From Verrucomicrobiota bacterium (GTDB taxonomy: Bacteria; Verrucomicrobiota; Verrucomicrobiia; Limisphaerales; CANJSG01), in the NCBI GenBank assembly GCA_038209745.1, contig JBBQXJ010000033.1, positions 1-47,250 of the forward strand: a stretch of 47,250 bases of DNA, given 5' to 3'. The stretch's first letter is position 1, and each line of letters starts with the position of its first letter. This document shows positions 37,779-47,250 of the stretch, piece by piece. The position numbers and the translations under genes were made by a program. The notes below the pieces were generated by a model, which did no database searches, was not told the DNA's origin, and was given only the letters and a program-made list of their open reading frames with translations.

Positions 37779-40439
37779 CTACTTCGCCGGTTGGCCGGGT
37801 TTGGCGGGCAGCAGTTTCAGGATCTCCTGCTGCTTCATGTACCATTCACGGAGGGTGCGGGAGAGCATCGAGTCCTTGAAGTCCTTGAAGTTCCCGATGA
37901 GCAGCACCGCTTCCATGTCGTCCTTGAGCTGCTTGTTCAGGTCGCCTTTGGCGTCGGTCGCCCAGCCCTTGAACGAGCCGGTGTTGTCGTTGAGCGCCTT
38001 GGCGGCGGCGACGCGGGTCTCGTCGTCGTATTTATAGTCCACGATCTCGACGGTGCCCTTGTCCACTTTGCCCTTGAGGTGCTTGGCGTCGTCCTTGGTG
38101 GTCAGAACCAGCTTGGCGAGGTCGGTGATCCGCTGTTCGAGTTTGGCGGTGATGTCGTCTTCGGCCACGGAGTCGGCCACTTCGCTGCCGAGGTCGCGGC
38201 GGACGTTTTCGAGCCGGATGCAGGTCTGCTTGACGAGTTCGGTTTCGAGGTCGTCGAAGAGGGATTTGCCGCGTTTCAAGATGAGCTCTTTTTCCTTGGG
38301 CGTGAAACTGTAGCGTTTCTCGTCGAGGCCCACGAAGTTGGTGTAGGCGGGCGCGGCGAGGAGAGTTGTCAGGCGGGCCAGCAGATTTGTAGCGGAGACT
38401 TTCTCGGCGGCACCGACGCCCTTGGGCGTTTCCTTGAGGTCCAGCTTCAGGTCGAGCGGGAGGAAGGAAAAGAAGGCGCGGTCGACCCCGCCGAGCTGTT
38501 CGACCTGGTCGTTGAGGAACTTCCAATGGGCGGCTGCGCGGTCTTTTTGGTTCAGGTCGCCGATGTAGTCGAAGGAGTTCTCCACGCGGAGGGAACGGGC
38601 GCTCTGGTTGAACCAGCCGAGCATGGAGGAGAACTGGCCCGCGAGGTTCGCGGCGTCGCGCTTGGGCGAAAGGTTGACCTCGGCGAGGGGGAGTTGATCG
38701 CGAGGATCGCGCGGCGCTTTGGCGGCGATGAAGGCCTCGATGACGTTGTTCGGCAGGAGGCGGATGTTGTCGGACAGCTGTGAATAGGCGGCGACGACGG
38801 GGTCCGTGCCGACGTCGAAACGCTGGAGATCGCCGTAGGTGCCGACCTGGTCGTCGGTGCCGAAGAGGAGGCGGCCTTCGCGGGGCGTTTCGGCGTTGAA
38901 GTAGCCCCATTGGATGGCGGCCTTGTCGTGGGGCAGGGCTTCGGTCTGGGTGCGGATGAACCAGCCGGCCTGCACCGCCGATTTGAAGACGGTGTATTCC
39001 ATGATGGAGGAGGAGGCGTAGCGGTTCGTGTAGGCGTCGAGCTTGTCGCCGGCGACGTAGGCCTTGAACCAGTCGTCCTGTTCCTTGAGGTCGAGGGTGG
39101 CGGCGAGGCTGCCGGCGAAGTTGTGGCGGAGGCCCATGATGTGGCCTACCTCGTGGGCGACCACTTCGCGGACGTAGTCCTGCGAGGCCCGGAGAGTGGC
39201 TTCATCGGTCAGGCCGTCGCTGGCCAGAAGCTCCTGGAGGCCCTGGGCGTATTGGGCGGCGAACTCGGTCATGTTGACCTCGCAGACGCCGCCCATCGCC
39301 GGCCAGCCGCCGAAGGCGCCGTGCTTGTCCTTCTTCCCGTCGGTCTTCTCGTCGGCCAGTTCGCGCATGGAGCGGAGCAAGGCGCGGGCGCGCGCCTTGC
39401 CGCTGAGGGCGAAGACGCTGGTCATGTAGGCCTGGCCGTGGCGGGACTCGCCCGTGCGGGGATCGATGAGGATGTCCGCGTAGGCGGAGCCGGCCGCGTC
39501 CCAGGGGACCCATTGGACGATGTTGTAGCGGGGGTCGGGGGCGGTGACGCCATCGGGCGCTTTTTCGGCGCGGACGACGTTGGTGCCGAAGGCGCGGTTC
39601 CAGTAGAGTATGCCGTCCTTCACCGCCTGCACGTAGTCCGCCGGAGTGTTGGCGCTGTAGTGGAAGACGATGGGTTTGGCCAGGTCGAAGCGCGCCATCT
39701 TGGGCGACGATCGCCCGGTGGATTCCTCGAGTTGCGCCTGGGTTTCGAAGAACCGGGCGTAGCGCAGGTCGGTGGCCGGGGCTTCCTTGCCGGTGTAGCC
39801 GCCGGAGGCATAGGGCGTCAGGAAGTAGCGGACCTCGAACTGTTGCTCCAGGTTGGCCGCAGACTGGCGGTCCCGGAGCTTCACGCTCTGGCGGATGACG
39901 ATCTGGTTGTCCTCCTTGGCCACCGAGAAGACGCGGGCTTGGGGGATCTCCAGCGTTTCGTCCCGGCTGACGGGATCGAAGCGACGGTTGCCGTCGTACC
40001 AGATGTCGGTGTAGAGGCGGCGCATCCCCTTGTTGAAGTCGATGACGACCTTGGTGGCGTCCTGCTCGACGATGGGAAAGGTGGTGATCAGACGGCGGGC
40101 GGGAAGGTCCTGGGTGACGACGAGGCCCGCAGTGGATTCGTTGAGATCGACGCCGTCGGGGAAGAGCTCGAACCGGACGATCTTGCCGGACAAGCCAGTG
40201 CTGGTCGCGGCCAGCGCCTGCGGAATGCGGGAGACGGAAAGCAGGTGTTCCTGGCCGAAGGCGGATTTCGGGATGACCAACGTGTTGTTCGGTCCGACGG
40301 AGATTTCCAGCTTCGGTTGGGGGTTCTTCTGGGCCATGCCCTGCGGTGCCATGGTCGCCATCTGGGCGAGGCACAACAGGAGGCAGGAAACCTTCGTCAG
40401 GACGAGGCCGGCGGAGCGGGAGGGGGTCTGGGCAATCAT
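37779..40439 (-). CDS. Secreted zinc metalloprotease (EcxA-like Met-zincin, DUF5117/DUF4953 type)
   Basis: HEVGHIMGLRHNFAGS, Met-turn SSIMEY, GILYWNRAF, DPRYN, DPRTGE. Confidence 0.9.
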   Translation of the reverse strand: MIAQTPSRSAGLVLTKVSCLLLCLAQMATMAPQGMAQKNPQPKLEISVGPNNTLVIPKSAFGQEHLLSVSRIPQALAATSTGLSGKIVRFELFPDGVDLNESTAGLVVTQDLPARRLITTFPIVEQDATKVVIDFNKGMRRLYTDIWYDGNRRFDPVSRDETLEIPQARVFSVAKEDNQIVIRQSVKLRDRQSAANLEQQFEVRYFLTPYASGGYTGKEAPATDLRYARFFETQAQLEESTGRSSPKMARFDLAKPIVFHYSANTPADYVQAVKDGILYWNRAFGTNVVRAEKAPDGVTAPDPRYNIVQWVPWDAAGSAYADILIDPRTGESRHGQAYMTSVFALSGKARARALLRSMRELADEKTDGKKDKHGAFGGWPAMGGVCEVNMTEFAAQYAQGLQELLASDGLTDEATLRASQDYVREVVAHEVGHIMGLRHNFAGSLAATLDLKEQDDWFKAYVAGDKLDAYTNRYASSSIMEYTVFKSAVQAGWFIRTQTEALPHDKAAIQWGYFNAETPREGRLLFGTDDQVGTYGDLQRFDVGTDPVVAAYSQLSDNIRLLPNNVIEAFIAAKAPRDPRDQLPLAEVNLSPKRDAANLAGQFSSMLGWFNQSARSLRVENSFDYIGDLNQKDRAAAHWKFLNDQVEQLGGVDRAFFSFLPLDLKLDLKETPKGVGAAEKVSATNLLARLTTLLAAPAYTNFVGLDEKRYSFTPKEKELILKRGKSLFDDLETELVKQTCIRLENVRRDLGSEVADSVAEDDITAKLEQRITDLAKLVLTTKDDAKHLKGKVDKGTVEIVDYKYDDETRVAAAKALNDNTGSFKGWATDAKGDLNKQLKDDMEAVLLIGNFKDFKDSMLSRTLREWYMKQQEILKLLPAKPGQPAK

Positions 40440-40580
40440 GCGTAGAAATCGGATCGGGCGAATTAAGTCGGAGGGAGTGCGAATGGCAATGTCCGACTCT
40501 TGCCTGAAGCCCCGATAAGGCTCCCCAGTTCGGGGGAGGTCGGTAAAACAGGCGCGGGCGGAGGGCGGGCCCGGAAGAGT

Positions 40581-41018
40581 CTAAACCGAAGGCCGGGCGG
40601 CTGGATTGATCAGGCCCAGCTGTGGCGCTGGCCGTGTCGGGAAAGGATTGATGGCGGCCCCATCAAGATGGCCCAGCCATTCGCCGATCAAGCCGAGGAG
40701 GAGGTCGAGGTCCAGCCGCTCATGGGGCGAGGGGTATTGGAGCAGATTGGCGCGGGTCAGCTTGAAGAGCGCGCCGGCGGGACCGAGCCGCCCCTTCTGA
40801 AGATGCACGAAGGCGCCGGCGAACTGGATGAGGCCCTTGTAGAAGGCGTAGTTCGGGCCGGTCTTGCCCTGGGCCAGCCAGAGTTCCTCCAACACATCGT
40901 GGGCCTCGAAGAAATAGCCGCGGTTGAAGCACTCGAAATAGCCGAGATAGTAGGCGTTCATCTCCCGGCCTTCACAGCCGGCAATCAGTTCGGCGATCTT
41001 CGCGCTTTTCTTGCTCAC
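40581..41018 (-). CDS. DUF309 family protein
   Basis: FNRGYFFEAHDVLEELW...YKGLIQFAGAFVH; GTG start at 41018. Confidence 0.9.
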   Translation of the reverse strand: MSKKSAKIAELIAGCEGREMNAYYLGYFECFNRGYFFEAHDVLEELWLAQGKTGPNYAFYKGLIQFAGAFVHLQKGRLGPAGALFKLTRANLLQYPSPHERLDLDLLLGLIGEWLGHLDGAAINPFPTRPAPQLGLINPAARPSV

Positions 41019-41092
41019 GGAGAAAGGATGGGGACGGAATGGAGGGGTGCCAATCGATTCGAAGCCGGAAAGCCGAAACCGAGACGGGACGA

Positions 41093-41364
41093 TCAACGCG
41101 GTTCCGGAAAAATGTCGGCCAAAGTGCAATTTAGGCGCCGCATGACCTTTGGGAGTCTAACGAGGGAGAAGCTATGCTGGGACTGCTCAAGACGATCCAG
41201 CGGTGAGGGGGCAGCCCGATTTTCTGGGCGAACTCGGCATAGGTCCTTTCGCCGCGCTTTTTTCGAAGCAGGCCCTGGTTGACTTGGAACGAAGTCGCGA
41301 CGGTTTTCGCGGACTCGGCCAGCCACACCTTTTCCGACGCGGACGCGCCTTCTGGTTTCGCCAT
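41093..41364 (-). pseudogene. Frameshifted XRE/Cro-type HTH regulator
   Basis: LRKKRGERTYAEFAQKIGL continues in another frame as SPLDRLEQSQHSFSL...RLNCTLADIFP. Confidence 0.6.
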
Positions 41365-41388
41365 CTATCGGGTCCGCGAGCGATAGAG

Positions 41389-44300
41389 TCAGCAGGCTTT
41401 GGGCTTCGGTGATTCCAGGGAAGCGCTCTTGGATTTCCGCAGTTCCCGCTCCCTTAGCCAGAGGAAGATCACCGGCGTCACGATGAGGATGTGGACGAGG
41501 CTGCTGAGGACGCCGCCGATGACCGGGGTGGCCAAGGGCTTCATGACTTCGGCGCCGGCGCGGTGGCTCCACATGATCGGGAGGAGGCTGGCGATGGTGG
41601 TGGCGACGGTCATCACCTTGGGACGGAGACGGAGCTTGGCGCCGTCTTTCACCGCTTGGAGGAGATCGGCGGCGTTGAAGGCGCCGCCGCGTTCGGCCTT
41701 CTTCTTCTCCACCATTTCCTCGAGGAAGATGACCATGACCACGCCGGTCTGGATGGCGATGCCGAAGAGCGCGATGTAGCCGACCCAGACCGCGACGCTG
41801 AAGTTGTAGCCGAGCAGCCATTGGAGGAAGACGCCGCCGCTCAGCGCGAAGGGCACCGCGAGGATGACGTGGGCGGCCTCGGAGAGGGAGCGGAAGGTGA
41901 TGAAGAGGAGGAGAAAGATCACGAGCAGGACGACGGGGATGATGGCTTTCAGCGTTTGTTCGGCGTGGATCTGGTTCTCGTATTGGCCGCTGTATTCCAG
42001 GGTCATGCCGGGTGGGAGATGGGGCACAATCTCGTGGTCCAACCGGTCGCGGATCTCCTGCACGAAGCCGCCGAGGTCGCGGTCCTGCACGTTGGCCTGC
42101 ACGAAGACGCGGAGGCGGCCGTTCTCACTGGCGATCTCGCTGGGGCCGTAGGTGCGCGCGATCTCGGCGACTTGGCCCAACGGGATGACCTGGCCGGCGG
42201 GTGTGGAGACGAGGATCCCGCCGAGGCGCTCGATGTCGTCCCGTTCGTCGCGCTGGAGGCGGACCTGGATCGGGAAACGTTCGCGGCCATCGATGGTGGT
42301 GGAGACGGTGGTGCCGCCGATGCCGGTTTCGACCGCATCGAGCACGGTCTTGGCCGAAAGGCCGAAGCGCGCCATGGCTTCGCGGCGGATGTGGATCTCC
42401 AGATAGGGTTTGCCCTGGACGCGGGACGGGGCGACGCCGGCGGCGCCGGGGATCTGGCGGATGATCTTCTCCACTTCGAAGGCTTTGGCCTGAAGGGCGT
42501 CGAGGTTGTCGCCCAAGATCTTCACGCCGACCTGGGCGCGGATGCCGGTGCTGATCATCAGGATCCGGTTCTCGATCGGCTGGAGGAATCCGGGGACGTA
42601 GCCGGGGACGGTGGTGAGCTTCTGGGCGAGTTCGAGCTTCAGTTTTGCAGTCGTCATGCCGTCCCGCCACACGGGGTTGCGTTTCGTGCGCCAGCCGTCG
42701 CTGATGTATTCGGGCTTCAGCATGACGGTGGTTTCGATCATCTCGACGGGCGCGGGATCGGTGGCGGTTTCGGCGCGGCCGAGTTTGCCGGCGACGGACT
42801 CGACCTCGGGCGTGTCGCGGATGACACGGTCCTGCCACGACATGATGCGCTTCACCTCGGTGAGCGAGGTGCTGGGCAGCAACACGGGCATGAAGAGCAG
42901 GGAACCTTCGTTCAAGGGCGGCATGAACTCGCGGCCAAAGCCGGACAACACCCGAGCCGGCAAGGTGCCCGGCTGAATGCCCATCCCTGAGAGCCACGGT
43001 TTGGGCAATCCCCACGCCATGACCTGCGAAAAGATCAGAACAATGGCCGCCAGCGCGATGACGGCCCTGCGCCAGCGCAGCGCCCAGTCGAGGACGGGAT
43101 CGTAGAGCCGCAGCAGGAACTGGATGACCCAGTTCTTGTCCTCGGCGTGGAAGGGACCGCGCACGAGCAGCGAGCACAGCACCGGCACGATGGTGATGGC
43201 GAGGAAGGTGGCCCCGATCAGGGCGAAGGTCTTCGTCCATGCCAGAGGATGGAAGAGCTTGCCCTCCTGACCGCCCATGACGAAGACGGGCACAAAGGCG
43301 AGGATGACGATGGTCATCGCGAAGAAGATCGGCCGCCCGACCTGCTTCGCCGAGGCGAGGGTGACGTCCCAGGTTTCCTTGGCGGTAAGGCGGCAGGTGG
43401 GGGGAGTAATGGAGCGCTGGAGTGCTGGAGTGGTTGAATTGGGGGAGGTCTCAGCACTCCGAGAATCCATTGCTCCAACTCTGAGTTTCTCCTCCTCCGC
43501 CTGTTCGCAGTGGCGGATGACATTCTCCGTCATGACAATGCCGGCATCGACGAGCACGCCGATGGCAATGGCGATGCCGGAGAGGGACATGATGTTCGAC
43601 GAGATGCCGAGCCAGTTCATCAGGATGAACGAGACGAGGATGGAGACGGGCAGGGGAATGGTGACGATCAGGATGCTGCGGAAGTGGAAGAGGAAGATGA
43701 TGTGGGCCAGCGTCACGAGAATGATCTCTTCGACCAGCGCGTGCTTCAAGGTGTCGACGGTGCGTCCGATCAGGTCGGACCGGTCGTAGAATGGCTTGAT
43801 GGTCACGCCGGGCGGCAGACTGGGCGTGATCTGCGCGATCTTCTCCTTCACCGAGTCGATCACACGCTGGGCGTTTTCGCCGGTCCGCATGACGACGATG
43901 CCGCCCACGGATTCGCGGCCATCGACATCCAGCGCGCCGCGCCGGAAGTCGCCGCCGATCTGCACGTTGGCGACGTCGCGCAGGTAGACGGGGATGTTGT
44001 CCTTCTGGGTCAGGACGGTGAGTTCGAGATCGGTGACGTTGGTGATCAGACCGACGCCACGGACGACGAACTCCATGCCGTTCTCCTCGATGACCTTTCC
44101 GCCGACGTTCAGATTGGCCTGTCCGACGGCCTCCATGACTTGTTGGAGCGAGACTCCGGTCGCCCGCATCTTGGTGGACGAGACCTCGATCTGATACTGC
44201 TTCACGAAGCCGCCGATGCTCGCGACTTCGGCCACGCCGGGCACGCTCTGGAGCTGGTAGCGGACGAACCAATCCTGCGTGGCGCGAAGCTGGCCGAGAT

Positions 44301-44769
44301 CATAGCCGCCGTGGGTCACCTGGGTGGGATCGACCTCGAGGTAATACTGGTAGATCCAACCGAGGCCGGTGGCGTCGGGACCGAGCAACGGCGTGACCCC
44401 CTTGGGCATGAGATTGCCGAGGTAGTTGAGGCGCTCCAGCACGCGGGACCGGGCGAAGTAGTTGTCGATCTTGTCCTCGAAAATCACGGTCACGAGGGAG
44501 AAGCCGAACATCGAGTTCGCGCGGACGGTCTTCACTCCGGCGAGTCCTTGGAGATTCACCGAGAGGGGATAGGTGATCTGGTCCTCGACTTCCTGCGGGC
44601 TGCGGCCGGGCCAGTCGGCCAAGACGATGACCTGGTTCTCGCTCAGGTCCGGGATGGCGTCGACGGGCGTCGTGCGCAGGGCGTGAACGCCCCAGGCAAC
44701 GACAATCAGCGTCCCGCAGACTACGAGGAAACGATTGCGCAGCGACCACTCGATGATGCGGGAGATCAC
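41389..44769 (-). CDS. cusA: CusA/SilA heavy-metal RND permease
   Basis: DAIPDLSENQVIV, LGPDATGLGWIYQY; the three-Met site equivalents GSLLFMP, DPAPVEMIET and IENRILMISTG; RLRPKVMT. Confidence 0.93.
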   Translation of the reverse strand: MISRIIEWSLRNRFLVVCGTLIVVAWGVHALRTTPVDAIPDLSENQVIVLADWPGRSPQEVEDQITYPLSVNLQGLAGVKTVRANSMFGFSLVTVIFEDKIDNYFARSRVLERLNYLGNLMPKGVTPLLGPDATGLGWIYQYYLEVDPTQVTHGGYDLGQLRATQDWFVRYQLQSVPGVAEVASIGGFVKQYQIEVSSTKMRATGVSLQQVMEAVGQANLNVGGKVIEENGMEFVVRGVGLITNVTDLELTVLTQKDNIPVYLRDVANVQIGGDFRRGALDVDGRESVGGIVVMRTGENAQRVIDSVKEKIAQITPSLPPGVTIKPFYDRSDLIGRTVDTLKHALVEEIILVTLAHIIFLFHFRSILIVTIPLPVSILVSFILMNWLGISSNIMSLSGIAIAIGVLVDAGIVMTENVIRHCEQAEEEKLRVGAMDSRSAETSPNSTTPALQRSITPPTCRLTAKETWDVTLASAKQVGRPIFFAMTIVILAFVPVFVMGGQEGKLFHPLAWTKTFALIGATFLAITIVPVLCSLLVRGPFHAEDKNWVIQFLLRLYDPVLDWALRWRRAVIALAAIVLIFSQVMAWGLPKPWLSGMGIQPGTLPARVLSGFGREFMPPLNEGSLLFMPVLLPSTSLTEVKRIMSWQDRVIRDTPEVESVAGKLGRAETATDPAPVEMIETTVMLKPEYISDGWRTKRNPVWRDGMTTAKLKLELAQKLTTVPGYVPGFLQPIENRILMISTGIRAQVGVKILGDNLDALQAKAFEVEKIIRQIPGAAGVAPSRVQGKPYLEIHIRREAMARFGLSAKTVLDAVETGIGGTTVSTTIDGRERFPIQVRLQRDERDDIERLGGILVSTPAGQVIPLGQVAEIARTYGPSEIASENGRLRVFVQANVQDRDLGGFVQEIRDRLDHEIVPHLPPGMTLEYSGQYENQIHAEQTLKAIIPVVLLVIFLLLFITFRSLSEAAHVILAVPFALSGGVFLQWLLGYNFSVAVWVGYIALFGIAIQTGVVMVIFLEEMVEKKKAERGGAFNAADLLQAVKDGAKLRLRPKVMTVATTIASLLPIMWSHRAGAEVMKPLATPVIGGVLSSLVHILIVTPVIFLWLRERELRKSKSASLESPKPKAC
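43403..43481. repeat. In-frame palindromic octamer-repeat element inside cusA
   Basis: GGAGTAAT GGAGCGCT GGAGTGCT GGAGTGGT TG, spacer, then inverted arm AGCACTCC GAGAATCC ATTGCTCC AACTC. Confidence 0.8.
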
Positions 44770-46505
44770 GGTTTCACCTCCGCCCCGCAATCGATCATCG
44801 AAGCGCCGAAGTAGGGATTGTGGATGGTGCCGCCGAGCTGGAGCCAGCGCGCGGTGGCGGGAGCCTGCGGGAACGCCTTCCCGCTCATCGGGCACTGGTA
44901 GATCTTGAGGGTCGCGGGTGCCGCGGCCTGTCCTCTGGTGCGGATCGCCAGTTCCGTCACCGGAGCGATGAAGGCGGCGAAACGGGCTCGGGCGGCTTCG
45001 ATGGAATCGGGCTCGGGCCAGTGCGCGGAGCGGTTGGCGGCTTCGGCGAGGTCTTTGAGGTCTGGGTGTTCGGAGAAGGCTTGGGCGACTTCAGGAACGA
45101 GCGAATGCAGGGCGGGGGTCGCATCGTTGAAGTGTTTGAGATCGTCGGCGGCCAAGGCGGCTCCGAGAGCGTCCCCGGCGGTGAAGAGACGGTTGAGGAG
45201 TTCTGTCTGCGTGGCGTTGAGCGGCGGGTGTCGGGGCGTTGTCGCCTTGGTGGTGTGGCTGGATGCCGGCTGGCCGCGGGAGCTGTCGTTGAGCTGGGCC
45301 TGGGCGTCGATGAGCATGTTGCCGGTGGTGACGACCTTGTCGCCGGCGCCGAGTCCCGAAGCGACTTCGACGAGGTCGTCGCCGGTTCGGCCCAGGATGA
45401 TGCGGCGGGGTTCGTAGTCCCCGGGCGTTTTTTCAACGTAGACCAGCGGAGAACCGTCGGGATTGATCACGGCGGTGCGGGCGATGGTCAGGGCCGATGG
45501 GGTCTCCGCCGAGACCCGGGCTTCGGCAAAGAGCCGGTGCGAGAGCTCGCGGTGCTGCGCGCCGACGCCGGCGACGAGCGGGTTGGAGAGCTCGACGCGA
45601 ACCTTGGTGCTGCGGGTCATGGGATTGAAGCTGGGGTCGATGAAGGCGATTTTGCCGACAAACGATTTCCCGGGCTTCGAGGCAGTGGTGATTTCGACCG
45701 ATTGCCCGAGCCGCAGCCAGGCGAGATCGCGTTCGTAGGCGTCGAACTGGAACCACATGGTGGCGAAGTCGGCCAACTCGAACAGGCGGTCGCCTTCCTT
45801 CACATATTGGCCTTCGTAGACGCTGCGGGCGACGACGGTGCCGGTCATGGGGGCGAGCAAGGGAAGGTCGAGATCGGACTCGTGGAACGTTTTGGGGAGG
45901 TCGTCGATCTGGGATTTGGTCAGGCCGAACTGGCGGAGACGCAGCCGTGCGGAGGTGGCGAGGTCGGCGGAATCGGCGGGATGCTTCTGGAAGGAAAGAT
46001 ACTCGCGGACGGAGGCCAGCAGCATCGGACTGTAGAAGGAGGCGAGGACTTGGCCTTCGGTCACTTCGGCGCCCACGAAGTTGACGAAGAGCTTGTCGAT
46101 GCGGCCCATGGTGTAGGCGGAAAGGATCCGGTGCCGGGAGTCGTCGTCCTCGATCGTCCCGGAGAAACGCAGCGTGCGGGTGAGAGGGCGAACGGCCGCT
46201 TCTTCCGTGGCGACGTGGATGGCTTGAACCGTGTTCGTGGCGAGTTGGACCAAGCCGCTTCCGGCGTCCACGCCCGCTTCGCCGGAATACACGGGGACGA
46301 GATCCATGCCGCAGATGGTGCACTTGCCGGGACGGTCCGACTTGATCCACGGATGCATGGGAGACTGGTAATAGAGCGGGGTGGCCTTGGCGGCGCTTTC
46401 CGATGCCGGATGCCGGATGCCGGATGCCGGATAGACCCCACGGAGGAACCAGCCGACGGCGGTGGCGATCACGGCGACGATCAGTATTGGGAGTAGGCGT
46501 TTCAT
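44766..46505 (-). CDS. cusB: CusB-type MFP with N-terminal heavy-metal-binding domain and DUF3347-like C-terminus
   Basis: YQSPMHP...PGKCTICGMDLVP; MFP core; YQCPM...WLQ...IHNPYFG..M..CG; GTGA overlap with cusA. Confidence 0.9.
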   Translation of the reverse strand: MKRLLPILIVAVIATAVGWFLRGVYPASGIRHPASESAAKATPLYYQSPMHPWIKSDRPGKCTICGMDLVPVYSGEAGVDAGSGLVQLATNTVQAIHVATEEAAVRPLTRTLRFSGTIEDDDSRHRILSAYTMGRIDKLFVNFVGAEVTEGQVLASFYSPMLLASVREYLSFQKHPADSADLATSARLRLRQFGLTKSQIDDLPKTFHESDLDLPLLAPMTGTVVARSVYEGQYVKEGDRLFELADFATMWFQFDAYERDLAWLRLGQSVEITTASKPGKSFVGKIAFIDPSFNPMTRSTKVRVELSNPLVAGVGAQHRELSHRLFAEARVSAETPSALTIARTAVINPDGSPLVYVEKTPGDYEPRRIILGRTGDDLVEVASGLGAGDKVVTTGNMLIDAQAQLNDSSRGQPASSHTTKATTPRHPPLNATQTELLNRLFTAGDALGAALAADDLKHFNDATPALHSLVPEVAQAFSEHPDLKDLAEAANRSAHWPEPDSIEAARARFAAFIAPVTELAIRTRGQAAAPATLKIYQCPMSGKAFPQAPATARWLQLGGTIHNPYFGASMIDCGAEVKP

Positions 46506-46561
46506 GGGATCTGGCGGGAAGGGGTTTCGGATCCGGAAACCGGGATCAGGAATCCGGCATC
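46402..46561. repeat. Heptamer tandem arrays in inverted orientation across the OMF/cusB junction
   Basis: (GATGCCG)x4+GAT at 46402-46432; degenerate inverted copy at 46531-46561 (26/31 match). Confidence 0.8.
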
Positions 46562-47250
46562 GGGCTTCAGGGAGTTCAGCATGTCGAGGGCTTCGAGGTC
46601 GGCGAGACCGCAACAGAGCGTGAGTTCGGCGAGCATTCGCCATTGCTCCGACACGGCTTCGGCCTCCATGCGGCGGGTGTCGATCCATTCACGGCGGGCG
46701 GTGAGAAGCGGCAAAAGATCGGCCTCGCCGGCGGTCCAGTTGCGGCGGAGGACTTCGATCATCTCTTCGGTGCGGGGGATGACCTGGTCGCGGAGCGCGA
46801 GGGCTTGGCGGCGGGCGTTGTTGGCAAGGGTGGCGACGCGCTCGGCTTCGACCGGGACGATGCGCTCGTAGTCTTCGACATCGTAGCGGGCGGCTTCGGA
46901 TTCGGCGCGGGCGCGGGAAAGGTCGGCCTTGTAGTGGCCTCGATTGAACCACGGTATCGACAGGCCGATACCGACCATGCCTTGGCGCAGCTCGCCGCTG
47001 CCGGAGTATTGGCGCAGTTCGCCGAACACTTTCACGTCCGGACGGGCGGCGCGGCGGACAACATCGACCCGGGCCTCGGAGTTGGCGGCTTCGCTGCGGA
47101 GGACTTTCAACCGGGCTTCGTTGCGCAGGGTCAGTTGCCGGATGTGGAGGTTGAACGGGACTTCGGGGCCGAGATCGGGAAGGTGCAGCGTCGGCCACCG
47201 AATCTGGGGATCGCGACCGAGCAGGCGGCTGAGTTCGCGGCCGGCTTGCC
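46502..47250 (-). CDS. TolC/CusC-family outer-membrane factor, partial (5' end outside window)
   Basis: GIGLSIPWFNRG, helical repeats, WTAGEADLLPLL; ATGA overlap with cusB. Confidence 0.85.
   Translation of the reverse strand, partial: QAGRELSRLLGRDPQIRWPTLHLPDLGPEVPFNLHIRQLTLRNEARLKVLRSEAANSEARVDVVRRAARPDVKVFGELRQYSGSGELRQGMVGIGLSIPWFNRGHYKADLSRARAESEAARYDVEDYERIVPVEAERVATLANNARRQALALRDQVIPRTEEMIEVLRRNWTAGEADLLPLLTARREWIDTRRMEAEAVSEQWRMLAELTLCCGLADLEALDMLNSLKPDAGFLIPVSGSETPSRQIP

Overview
GC-rich bacterial chromosomal segment. The protein styles suggest Verrucomicrobiota (Pedosphaera/Limisphaera-like); this is inference only. Intact genes, in order: N-terminus of a secreted YD/RHS-repeat protein; a four-gene ZrgABCD/PA4063-66-like ABC metal operon; a MORN-variant protein; a NUDIX hydrolase; a GH18 hydrolase; tRNA-Leu(TAA); purN; a MoxR ATPase; a pilin-like protein; an sxtIJK-like carbamoyltransferase trio; a 7TM-HDED-like membrane protein; a deoxyhypusine-synthase-like enzyme; a large LTD/CotH protein; a DUF2892-MFP-RND operon; a nucleoside-hydrolase-fold multidomain protein; an ECF/anti-sigma/DUF2723 cluster; a Met-zincin; DUF309; and a cusCBA-type Cu/Ag efflux operon that runs off the right edge. 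Two things stand out. First, palindromic elements built from short tandem 7-8 bp units sit in frame inside the efflux genes: related octamer hairpins in both RND permeases, and a heptamer inverted repeat enclosing the cusC/cusB junction. Second, many intergenic gaps hold decayed or internally deleted gene remnants (redoxin, DUF1080, TPR, ECF sigma, IS5, Gfo/Idh/MocA, XRE). No CRISPR array, rRNA, integrase or prophage was seen. All family calls come from recognising motifs by eye, not from database searches.
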